From Chrysochromulina tobinii (lineage: Eukaryota): a stretch of DNA of 39,707 bases. The translations under genes were made by a program, and so were the position numbers. Where the stretch lies: assembly GCA_001275005.1 (NCBI GenBank), contig JWZX01002399.1, forward strand, positions 1 to 39,707. The letters run 5' to 3'. Positions 11,801 to 22,190 of the stretch are shown one piece after another. The stretch's first letter is position 1. The number at the start of each line of letters is the position of its first letter. A model generated the notes under the pieces. That model ran no database searches. It saw only the letters and a program-made list of their open reading frames with translations, and had not been told where the DNA came from.

Positions 11801-14800
11801 AAGGGAGCAATCAGCCGTCATCAGAGGTCATCAGAGATGCGATGAGTGGTCATCAACTCACCTGAGGGAGGCGCCATCGGCATTGGAGGTGCCACGCCCG
11901 AGCTCGTCGACGAGCACGAGAGCTGGCCCGCCGAGATTGCGCAAGATATACGTGGTCTCGCGCATCTCGCATGCAAACGTCGAGCCATGCGCCTCAAGCG
12001 CGTCCGCAGCTCCAATGCGCGTGAAGACACGCTGTAGCAGGCCACGTAAACAGAGGCGATCAGAGACGATCAGAGGCGATCAGAGGACATCAGAAGTCAT
12101 CAAATTCAATCAATGGTCATCAGCCCTCGCCTGCAGCAGGGGCACCGTGGCCGCGTCGGCGGGCACGTGGCAGCCGATGTGGGCCAGTAGCACAACCAGA
12201 GCGGTCTGGCGCAGGTACGTCGACTTTCCCGCCATGTTGGGCCCCGTGATGATCTGCCGGGTCGCAATTAGGCAATTAGGCAATTAGGCAATTGGGCAAT
12301 TGGGCCATTAGGCCATTAGGCCATTAGGCCATTAGGCCATTAGCGATCTCAGGCGTGGCTGTCACCTGCAAGTTGGTCGCGTGCGTGATGGCGACGTCGT
12401 TCGGCGTGAGAGGCTGGCCGGGCTCCGCAAACCGCTCGAGGAGCGGGTGACGGCAGCGCTTGAGCACCAAAGGGGCGGCGTGTGCGATCTTGGGACGGCA
12501 GAACGGGCCGTTGCCTCCCCCCTTGTGCACAAAGACGGCGAAGGCGAGCATCACGTCGACGAGAGCGACTGACTCGCCTGGGGAAAGGGGCGCCCACACG
12601 CGCTAAGAGCCCATCATCAAACGCACTCACGCACTCAGCAGGCCATCAGAGGCCATCAGAGGCCATCAGAGGCCATCAGAGCTCATCAGGGGCCATCAGA
12701 GGCCAACAGAGGCCATCTGGGGCCATCTGGGGCCATCAGAGGCAATCAAGCGCGCTCAGAGCGATGCATACAAGCACGTACCCAGGCGGAAGACTAGGTG
12801 GAGCGAGGATCGTATCTCGCCGAGAAGCAATCAAGACAATCAGAGCGATGCATGCAAGCACGTACCCAGGCGGAAGACTAGGTGGAGCGAGGATCGTATC
12901 TCGCCGAGAAGCGCCGAGATCCGCGCCTCCGTCGAGAGGAGAATCTGCTGAATCATCTCTTGTGCGCGCGCCGAGAGCTGCGACGAGATCGCAGCGAGGT
13001 TGCAACGAGATTTCAAGAGGTCCCTCAGCCGCACTCAAGCGAACAACCAGGCGCATCATCATCAGGGGCGTTCATCAGCCGCAATCAATCTCGCCTGCAC
13101 GAGCTGATCCGTTGAGCAAGCCACCGTCTTCTTTGCTTGGGAAGCGATCTTGACGAAGCCCGCACGCTCGACCGTCTCGCGCTGCGCCACTGGCAGCGTG
13201 AGATGGTAGCCCCGCCGCTCAGTCCACACCAGCTTGAGGTCACTCAGCCCAAACTGCTCCGCATACCTGTGGGGAAGTGGTAGGGCGTCGTGGTGAGCAC
13301 CCGCATCACACCAGCTTGAGGTCACTCAGCCCCAATTGCTCCGCGTACCTGTGGGGAAGTGGTAGGGCGTCGTGGTGAGCACTCGCATGCTCAGGCCGCA
13401 CTTGCAAGCTCAGGCCGCACTGCTCAGCGTACGTGTCGCGTAGGTGCTCCATCTCGGTCGTCGAGTCGGTCAGCGTCTCTCGCGCCACGTCAATGAACGA
13501 GCAAACCTACGAGCGTCGTGGCGGGCACTTGAGCCATCAGTGATCATCAGTGAAAATCAGCGGCCATCCGTGGCCATCAGCGGCCATCAGCGGGACACTC
13601 ACCTTCGAGCGCACGGCGAAGAGGCACTCAAGCATCCGTTGGCTCGTCTGCTTGCGGAAGATGGCCTCGTCGTCAATGATGGCGTGGATGCGCGTGCAGA
13701 GCTCGTCGATCTCGTCGGAGGCGAGATTGCCCACGATGGCGCGCAGCAGCTGTGGAGAAGGGGGCAGGGAGGGCAGGGCGGATAGGGCAGGTAGGGCAGG
13801 GCAGGTAGAGGGCAGGGCAGGTAGAGGGCAGGGCAGGAATGGGGCAGGGCATGTAGAGGTCGGGGTTAGGAGGGCAGGTGGAGGTACTTCCGAGATCTGT
13901 CCGAGATTCCGTCCGAGATCGCACCTCGTTCGTGGGCGGCGCCTCCCCACTCGAGGTCATCAGGGAGGTCATCAGTGAGGTCATCAGGGAGGCCATCAGG
14001 GAGATCGCACCTCGTTCGTGGGCGGCGCCTCCCCACTCGAGGTGAGCGCGGCGGCGAGGCGCGGCGCCGCATGCAACGCCGTCTTGAGCTGGAGGACCGC
14101 GGAGATGCCAGCCTTGGCACGCGCGCAGCCGGTCGAGGTGGGGTTCGTCATGAAGAACTTGAGGAGCCGATCCGAGTCCGCAAAGGCGGGAAGCACCTGA
14201 TGAGGGATGCAATCAGAGGTCCTCAGAGGTCCTCAGAGGTCCTCAGAGGCAATCAGAGCTCATCAGAGGCCATCACCTTATGGGCGTCGACGAGGAGCTC
14301 GTCGCGCGCGAGCAGCTCGGAGACGCAATCGAGGCGCGCCGAGATCGTGTCCAGATCTGTCGAGGGCTGCAGCAACAGCGTCCGCAGGTATCGGCTGCCC
14401 GCGGCGGTCTTGCACTGCGCACACCGGGGTAGGCGCCGTGGTGAGCACTTGTATGCTCAGGGATATGGTCTGAGCCCCTCTCAGAGGCACTCAGAGGCAC
14501 TCAGAGGCATTCGGTGGGGCATGCCATCCTCCGATCCGCAGTGTCACCTGGTTGAGCGCGCCGAAGAGAGATGCCTTCGGATCGCCGGTGCGCAGGTTGC
14601 GAAGAAGCTCGAGGTTGGCGACGGTCGCCGGGTCGAGGAGCATCACGCCCTCGACGCTCCGGTACCTGTGGAAGAGAGGGCGCCGCGATGAGCACTCGCA
14701 TGCTTCCGACGCATGCAAAGGGCACGTGGGGAGGGTTGAGATCCGATGGCACGCAGAGAGGCACTCGAAGGGACACTCAGAGGGTGGACGGAGTGCGCAC

Positions 14801-15297
14801 TTGATCCGAAGGGTGCCCTTGACGAAGCTCGCGCCGTCGGACTGCTCGACGGCGTCGACGAGCGCGGCAAGGGCCGAGAGCGCCAGGTATTTGGACTTGA
14901 CGTCCGTCTCGAGCGCCTGCACGTGCGAGCGGTGCGAATAGTGTCGCACGTACCCGAGGCCCTTGATCTCGTTCCAGTTGCGACGGGGCACCTGGTCGCA
15001 GCGCGCGGCCGGGAACTCGGCCTCGGCGACGCGCGCGAGCACGCTCTGGGCGGACGAGGGTGGGAAGAGGATCTGGCGCGGGTTGTGCGACGCGAGCACC
15101 GACAGCGTGCGCGAGTACGCCGCGTCGTCGCAGAAGGAGCACAGCTCGATCGAGAAGTCCGAGAGCCGCAGGCACGCGAGGCCGACCTCGTAGGCGCGGT
15201 TCTCGCAGAGCGCGACAACCGAATCGAGCTCCGGCTCCTGAGCCGCGGCGCGCTCGTCCGCGCGAGCGAAGGGCTGCACGGCGTCGAAGCCGACCAT
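8848..15297 (-). CDS. MSH4: MutS homolog 4 (meiotic), 17 exons: 15297-14801, 14665-14548, 14414-14277, 14196-14011, 13749-13603, 13506-13433, 13266-13095, 12977-12866, 12577-12366, 12253-12131, 12031-11862, 11714-11612, 11448-11241, 11160-11063, 10915-10848, 10494-10380, 10257-8848
   Basis: Hand splicing keeps frame. The N-terminal [17 protein letters not shown] resembles plant MSH4 (VAGLIENRAKEVGMA) and there is no mismatch-binding domain I. Other motifs: [29 protein letters not shown], Walker [31 protein letters not shown], Walker [13 protein letters not shown], and [16 protein letters not shown]. The start codon (15297 or 15408) and the last exon are less certain. Confidence 0.88.
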
Positions 15298-15657
15298 CGG
15301 TACAGGGAGAGGAACACACAGGCGTCTTCGGCCCTTCGCGGGGCCGAAGCGCGGCGACTCTCCGCGGAGGCGCGCGCTCTGTCGACACGGCGCCGCAAAA
15401 GCGAGCATCTGCGACACGAAGATACATGACAAGCAACTCGCAGCTCCCATTCGGTCGGGTCTCGTTGTCCCTTTCCTGAATAAGTGGTCGGCGCCCATCA
15501 CAGGTGGCTCTCGCGATCGCCGCTCTCGCCCTAGCATCCGCAACCGTACGGTACTTAACTTTGTACGTATACACACAGCGCTTACGACACTGCGCTCTCA
15601 AGTCTCAACACCTCTTGTTTCCTCTCTGCTTTGCTGGTCTCCTCTCTCCGCTCTCTC

Positions 15658-18600
15658 TCAGTCGGTGGTGGCGCCAGGCGCGCCGCCGCCGGCGCCGCCC
15701 CTTTGACGCACCCAGCTGCGCACCTTACCAAGGGCGCTACCGAGGGGCTGCTTTGCGCGGTCCAAGCCACGCGGCACCGCCGTGCCCGCCGCCGCCACCC
15801 TCGACACGAGCACCGACGCCTGCGGCGGCGCGTCTGGCCGCGCGGCCGCAGCGGCCGTAGCGTTCACACCCGCAGCGTTCACACCCGCAACGGCCGCACT
15901 CGCAGTCGCACTCGCGGCGGAGGCGGGGGAGGACGGCAGACCATTCACACCCGCAACATTCACACCCTCCGACCATGCGAAGCCTGCCGGTGGCTTCAAC
16001 GGCACCGCCGCCTGACCGGCCGCCTTAGCCACGGCGCCCGCCACGGCGCCCTTGGCGGCGCTGATGGAGGCGCCGGGAGGGACGGCGGCGGCGGCAGCAG
16101 CGGGCTTCTGTAACAGCTTTGGCAGTTGGCCGAAGGTGAGCTTGATGAGCTGCTTAATTGGATCACGCGGAGGCGCGTTCGCCTGAGCCTCGAGTGCAAT
16201 GCGCGTGTAGATCTCGTAAATGTCCTGCCACATCAGGCGCAATCAGCCAGTCATCAGAGGCACTCCTCTGGAGCTCATCAGGCGCAATCAGCCAGTCATC
16301 AGAGGCACTCCTCTGGAGCTCATCAGGGCGTCCTCAGCGGCACTCTGGTGCTCATCAGCCGGAGTTTCTTCAGCGACGATCCGCGCTTATTAGGCAACCG
16401 CCATCAGTGGCGAACCCGGATCCATCAGTGACGAAACGTATCAATCAGTGACGAAACGCCGCGAGCACGAAACGTATCAATCAGTGACGAAACGTATCAA
16501 TCAGTGACGAAACGCCGCGAGCACACCTGACGCTGCGCGGTGAAGGGCGACGGGATGGCGGCCGGGAAGCACTTCTTCATCAGCGAGAATGCAAACACGT
16601 GGCCGGGCGGCGAGAGGGGGAAGATCATGATGATGGTGTACGGCACCAGTGCCATCAGGTCGACGAGAGTACGGCGCACCACCTGGCGGGATCAGGGGTC
16701 ATCAGGGGTCTCAGGGGTCATCAGGTGCCATCAGGTGTCATGAGGTGTCATCACGTGTCATCAGGGGGCATCGGGAGCACCCACCTGGACGTCGGCGGAT
16801 TTGAGAGGCTTGCCTTGGGTGAACGTGCGCAGCAGCAGCGCCACCTCGACTAGATCTCGACACAGGATCCGTATGCCGCGCGCACAGAAGCCGAGCGATT
16901 GGCGAAGGGAGCTGACGGCAAAGCGAATGGAGCGGCCCAGGCGCTGTACTGGGCTGTCGGCGCTTGCGGCATTGGGGAGAGAGAGCTCCCCGGCTAGGGC
17001 TCCCACCTGCATGCAATCAGATGCAATCAGATGCATTCAGGTGCAATCAGGTGCAATCAGGTGCAATCAGGTGTACCCACCTCGGTGAGAAGCGACTCGA
17101 ACAGGATCGCAATCAGGTGCAATCAGGTGCAATCAGGTGCAATCAGGTGCAATCAGGTACAACCATGTGTACCCACCTCGGTGAGAAGCGACTCGAACAG
17201 GATCGCAGCCTCCACCGACGAGTCCGCAGTCCGCACCGACGAGTCCGCACCAGTCCGCACCGACGAGTCCGCAGTCCGCATCGACGAGTCCGCAGCCGGT
17301 GGAGCGCCGACGATAGCTGTGGAAGGCTCGGCGGCGGCTGGGGAGGTGGCGGCGCTGGCGGTGGGGGTCACGACACCGGTATCGACCATCTCCACGAACG
17401 CCTCCGCAGCCACCTCCTCGCCCGAGCTCGGCACCAGCACACACTCGGCTGGCACGCAGACCTCCGCAGACGATCCAAAGAAGCCCTCCTCGACCTTCGA
17501 GCTGCGCTGTACTCGAGGCACCGCGCCCGCCGAGGCGAACGCCACCTGTAGGAAAAAGGGCGCCATGGTGAGCACTTGCATGCAGGGGCGGTGCCTCTCC
17601 GGGGGCGGTGTGCTCGAGGCGAACGCTGGCGTCCGAGGCGTGGGTTCGTCAGGGGTTCGTCAGGGGTTCGTCAGTGGCGTGCGAGGCGTGGGTTCGTCAG
17701 GGGTTCGTAAGGGGTTCGTCAGTGGCGTGCGAGGCGTGAGCTCGTCAGGGGTTCGTCAGTGGTTCACACCTCTGCGCGGGCCTCGATATCGCACCAGCGG
17801 TCGATGTACAGCGCGAGCTGCTGGGCACGCCCGGGCGGGAGTGTGCCCAGCCCCGTCGAGAGCTCGGAGGAGAGCGTGAGGGCGATCATCTGCAGCGAAA
17901 CCGCGAGCAGTTGCTCCAGACCTGCCAAATTAGGGTGCAGGGGACAAGGTGCACACGTGTGCGCTCAGAGTTCGACTCAAGGGCACGGCAGTGGCAATCA
18001 TTGACCATCGTGGGTCATCAGTGGCACTCGTCGGCCATCAGCGGCCATCAGCGCGCACCTTCCGAGAAGGACGCCCTCAACGGCCCCAGCTGATCGTCGC
18101 GCATCGAAGACATCAGAGTAACGAATTCCTCGTACGAGAGGGAGGCGTCGTTGCCGGCGTCGGCGCGCTCGAAGGCCTCCTTGAGCTCCTGCGTGTACGT
18201 CGCGTCCTTGAGCGCGTCCGGCGACAGCAGCGCCGCCGCGCCCGCCTCAAACTCGGACCACTCGAGTTGACCGTTGCCGTCGGTGTCGAGGCCGTCGAAG
18301 ACCTCACGCGTGCGCTCGGCAGCGCCGCCCTCCTGCTCCTCGAGCACGAGGATGTACTCGCGCTGCTTCTGCACCGTCCGGTGCAGCCGGCTCGCCTGCT
18401 CGCACAGCGTCTTGAGGCTCGCCGGCGCCGCCGCCTCACTCGTCGTCGCCAGCGGCAGCGGCGCCGGCGCGCTCCGGCTGGCCGCCTCGATGGAGGCGGT
18501 CAGCTCGCCCAGCGAGCCGGTGAGCGACACTATGCCGCCGTCGAGCACCGCACGCAGCGACGCGATCTCGCTCGCCTGCGTCGGCGCCTTGCACCCCTGC

Positions 18601-18779
18601 TCGGCCGCAGGCTGCACGAGCTCCTGCAGCTCGCGCAGCTGCTGGCTCACGAGCCCGAGGTCGCGCAGCGCGCGCAGCCCGAGCGGCGACGCACGCAGCG
18701 CGCTGTTCGCGCCGACGGTCACACGCACTGCGGCGGAGGCGGTCGTAAAGAACAGGGGCAGCAAGATGACGCGCTCCAT
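15658..18779 (-). CDS. EF-hand + LETM1-like domain protein with an N-terminal signal peptide; 6 exons: 18779-18059, 17921-17770, 17545-17177, 17006-16785, 16682-16527, 16224-15658
   Basis: Hydrophobic N-terminus MERVILLPLFFTTASA and EF loops DTDGNGQLEWSEF and DAGNDASLSYEEF. The spliced GIRILCRDLVEVALLLRTFTQGKPLKSADVQVVRRTLVDLMALVPYTIIMIFPLSPPGHVFAFSLMKKCFPAAIPS matches the LETM1-like motif (RRTxxDLxxxVP...GH...xIPS). All junctions are GT-AG and keep frame. Confidence 0.8.
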
Positions 18780-18953
18780 AGCGTGTGTGGTGTCTCTTTT
18801 CGGCAGGCGCCGCGAAATCCTCAAGATCCAGATCTCTCGCTGCGTCGAGGTGGTCAGAGGGTTTGAATGAGGGCTCCCGAGGCGCCGGCGCGACCGAGCT
18901 GCATGCATTGTGCCCATGCTTGCCATCCAGAACACCACACAACGTCGCCACAT

Positions 18954-18984
18954 GACTTGACTTGACTTGACTTGACTTGACTTG
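18954..18984. repeat. (GACTT)6 pentanucleotide repeat
   Basis: gacttgacttgacttgacttgacttgacttg, between two divergent genes; same unit as 5978-6046. Confidence 0.9.
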
Positions 18985-19078
18985 TCGAAGAGAGTCCCCC
19001 TAGGATACTACCAGCAAGAAGAGAGACGGGCCCGCCTCGCGATTTCTGTTCAGCTGCACCCAGCAGGCCGAATACGCG

Positions 19079-20440
19079 ATGCATCGTCGCGAGGTGGTGC
19101 TTGCGGCCGTGAAGCAGGACGGCAGGGCGCTCAAATACGCTTCTGCCAAGCTGAAGGCCGATCGCGAGGTGGTGCTTGCAGCCGTGAAGCCGAACGGCTA
19201 TGCGCTCAAATACGCTTCTGCCAAGCTGCAGGCCGATCGCGACGTGGTGCTTGCAGCCGTGAAGCCGAACGGCTGGGCGCTCGAATACGCTTCTGTCGAG
19301 CTGCAGGCCGATCGCGACGTGGTGCTTTCGGCCATGAAGCAGGACGTTGTGGCGCTCAAATACGCTTCTGTCGAGCTGAAGGCCGATCGCGACGTGGTGC
19401 TTGCAGCCGTGAAGCAGGCCGGCTGGGCGCTCGATTACGCTTCTGCCAAGCTCAAGGCCGATCGCGAGGTGGTGCTTGCAGCCGTGAAGCAGTACGGCTG
19501 GGCGCTCAAATACGCTTCTGTCGAGCTGCAGGCCGATCGTGAGGTGGTGCTTGCGGCCGTGCAGCAGGACGGCAGGGCGCTCGCATACGCTTCTGTGCTC
19601 GCATACGCTTCTGTCGAGCTGCAGGCCGATCGCGAGATCAGAGAGGCTGCCTCGAAGGCGATCAGAGAGGCTGCCTCGAAGCGCAAAGAAGCGGTCCTGT
19701 TAGCCGAGCTCAAGGCCGTCAAGGGCGCTGACACGCAGGCGAAGACGCAGCCAACCGGCTCTGCACTAGCTTCCTCCTCTGAGGCCGCCGACGCCTCAGC
19801 ACTAGTCCTTGGAGAGGGAGAGCGTCGCCTACTCGCAGACGAGGCGGGCGGCCACTCGTCCCAAATTAGGCAACTCGCAGACGCGGTCCACGTGGAGGTT
19901 AGCATGCAAGATGTGGAGGGAACCGTTTTGGACGGCGATGGCGAGGTGGCTTTCGAGGGCGAAACGTCCCTCGCCGAGCGAAACGTCAGCCTGCAGGCAG
20001 AGGCGGTCGATGTTGAGAGTTTTCCCTTCCGCCGCATCCGCAAGGCTCCATCCCGACTTGACCCAAGCGTGGGCACGCCGAAGAGGAAAGGTTTGAAGCG
20101 CACTTTGGAGCCTCGGACGTCGGCCCGCCGCGCAGCGGCGCCAACCATCAAGCAAGAAGACTTTCTCAACGGCGACATCAACTGTCCATCGTGCGGATGT
20201 GGCGTCCCCGTGAGCGAGCAAGGGTGCAACATGATCACCTGCCGCTCGCCTCATCATACTGGGGGCTCCTGGTTCACCTTTTGCTACCATTGTCGTAAAG
20301 AGTGCCCGGGCGCCCTTCCGTGCCTGAAAAAATGCCCCGAACGGAACGACAAGGCGAGCCGGCTCCTGGCGCGAGAGCTTCTTAACAAGGCCGCAGAGCG
20401 AAACCCGATCATCATTGACGACACCGAGGAGGACGAATAG
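19079..20440 (+). CDS. DUF4116-type 25-aa repeat protein with a C-terminal RBR Rcat/RING2-like zinc domain
   Basis: About 7 tandem 75-bp units encode ADREVVLAAVKQxGxALxYASxxL. The C-terminal CPSCGCGVPVSEQGCNMITC....FCYHC resembles Rcat (CPxC..GCNHMxC...FCWxC). Intronless. Confidence 0.8.
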   Translation: MHRREVVLAAVKQDGRALKYASAKLKADREVVLAAVKPNGYALKYASAKLQADRDVVLAAVKPNGWALEYASVELQADRDVVLSAMKQDVVALKYASVELKADRDVVLAAVKQAGWALDYASAKLKADREVVLAAVKQYGWALKYASVELQADREVVLAAVQQDGRALAYASVLAYASVELQADREIREAASKAIREAASKRKEAVLLAELKAVKGADTQAKTQPTGSALASSSEAADASALVLGEGERRLLADEAGGHSSQIRQLADAVHVEVSMQDVEGTVLDGDGEVAFEGETSLAERNVSLQAEAVDVESFPFRRIRKAPSRLDPSVGTPKRKGLKRTLEPRTSARRAAAPTIKQEDFLNGDINCPSCGCGVPVSEQGCNMITCRSPHHTGGSWFTFCYHCRKECPGALPCLKKCPERNDKASRLLARELLNKAAERNPIIIDDTEEDE

Positions 20441-20996
20441 GTTCTACAACAATCCTGACGGTTTATGTTTCTGTGTCGCGTCTCTGCACAGTCTGACTTC
20501 GCCGGTTCACCGCGCGAATCAAGATACTTTCGAACAGGCGTGCCAGGCTGGGGGAGCCGGGCGGACCGACTGATTTCTGCGGCTATTCTGCGGCCTCGCG
20601 TGAGGCGTTCGTTTGTAACTCGGCGAAGATACAAGCGATCAAGCGAAGATTCACTGGATACCATCGTAAATCGTACAGCATCATACATCAACGTACAGCG
20701 CATCATCATTTGCAATCGCGATTTGTGATTTTGTGATTTGTGTACATGTATCTACAATTGGTCTCTACATTGAGGAAGATAGAGGCCCTTGTGCTAGGGG
20801 GTCCGGTGTGTGTTACGCACTGCTGTCGAGCCCGAAACGGCGCGGTGTGAAAAGGAAGAACCCGCGATCCACGATGTACGCCGCGTACCTCGCATTTCCG
20901 CTGCGTTTGCCGTCGATCGCCGGGCGCGGCCGGCGCGAATTGTTGACGCATCCCGTGTGGCTCCTCGCTCGCAGAACACCGAACCCCAAAATAGCC

Positions 20997-22103
20997 ATGG
21001 GCTGCGCCTCTTCTACCCCCGTTGTCATCGCAGACCCAGCGAAGCCGGAGGAGCTCAAGCCTATTGCCGCCGAGGAGGCTCCAGTGCTCAGGTCGGCGCC
21101 GCCGACCGCCAACGTAATTGTGCCCCCGGCCGAGGTAGTGGCGACCGAGGAGGAAAAGCCGGTGGCAAAGCCGTCGACCGATGTAGTGGCGGCCGCGCCC
21201 GCGCCCGTCGCTGCTGGCGTCCTCGCGGATGCCCGCAGTGCCGGTCTAGATACGAGCAAGGCTGTGCCCGCATGGCTGGCCAACCTCGACCTGCCCGCGC
21301 CCACGGCCGCAGCACTGCGCGCGGCGGCGGAGCCCGTTGCCGAGGTGGTGCCCGAGGTGGTTGCGCCTGCCCTAGCGCCCGCGGTAGCTCCAGCGCCCGA
21401 GGTAGCTCCAGCGCCCGCGATCTCCGCGGAGGCGCTCGCATCTTACAAGGAGGCGTTCTCCGTCTTCGACAAGGACGGCAGTGGCACCGTCTCCACGAGC
21501 GAGCTGGGCGAAATGATGAGTGCGCTCGGCCAGAACCTGAGCGCGGAGGAGCTCGACGCGATCGTGGTCGAGGTCGATGCCAACCGCTCCGGCGAGATCG
21601 ACTTTGACGAATTCTGCGCGTGCATGCAGAAGGCGAAGGAGGGGGGCGCGACGACGCCCAAGCTCGCGGTGATAGTGGAGGAGAGCAGTTTGCTCTCCGG
21701 GCTGCGAAGCTTTCTCGGTCGACTCCTCTTCGGAGCGCCCATGGAGGAGAGTGCGGCGGCCGAGGCGGCAGCGGCGGCGGCGGCCAAGGCGGCGGCCGAC
21801 CGCCAGCTTGCTGCTAACCTCGCTGCTAACCTCGACGCTGAACGAGTGTACAAGACGCAGGAGGCGGCGGCGACCGAAGCGGCGGCGGCCGAGGCGGCGG
21901 CGGCGGCGGTGAAGGCGGCGGCCGAGGCGGCGGCGGCGGCCGAGATCATGGCGACCGAGCTAATGGCGGCGGCGCAGAAGGCGGCGGCAGCAGAGACGAG
22001 GAAGAACCGTTACAAGCTTGTGCGGTGCAAATGCTGCACCTTCTCGCACTTTGCACTTTGCGACGCCTGCCCTCGATGCCACGACGCAGCTCCTAGGGGC
22101 TAA
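20997..22103 (+). CDS. Calmodulin-like EF-hand pair protein with a dual-acylation N-terminus and a C-terminal NZF/RanBP2-like zinc finger
   Basis: ATG 20997 gives MGCASS. EF pair YKEAFSVFDKDGSGTVSTSEL and IVVEVDANRSGEIDFDEF. C-terminal RCKCCTFSHFALCDACPRC. Confidence 0.8.
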   Translation: MGCASSTPVVIADPAKPEELKPIAAEEAPVLRSAPPTANVIVPPAEVVATEEEKPVAKPSTDVVAAAPAPVAAGVLADARSAGLDTSKAVPAWLANLDLPAPTAAALRAAAEPVAEVVPEVVAPALAPAVAPAPEVAPAPAISAEALASYKEAFSVFDKDGSGTVSTSELGEMMSALGQNLSAEELDAIVVEVDANRSGEIDFDEFCACMQKAKEGGATTPKLAVIVEESSLLSGLRSFLGRLLFGAPMEESAAAEAAAAAAAKAAADRQLAANLAANLDAERVYKTQEAAATEAAAAEAAAAAVKAAAEAAAAAEIMATELMAAAQKAAAAETRKNRYKLVRCKCCTFSHFALCDACPRCHDAAPRG

Positions 22104-22111
22104 TTGCCTCT

Positions 22112-22190
22112 GTCATCAGAGGTCATCAGAGGTCATCAGAAGTCATCAGAGGTCATCAGAGGTCATCAGAGGTCATCAGAGGTCATCAGA
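22112..22190. repeat. (GTCATCAGAG)n array flanked by duplicated coding sequence
   Basis: About 8 units. Flanking direct repeat gacgcctgccctcgatgccacgacgca at 22062-22088 and 22189-22215. Confidence 0.9.

Noticed and set aside
12266..12342. (GGCAATTA/GGCCATTA)n as a telomere-like repeat
   Set aside because: It lies inside an MSH4 intron, the unit is not TTAGGG, and it fits the intronic branch-like microsatellite class (CTAAT on the sense strand).
19079..19640. Regularly spaced repeats resembling a CRISPR array
   Set aside because: They are in-frame 75-bp coding repeats with no unique spacers, no cas genes are present and the context is eukaryotic.
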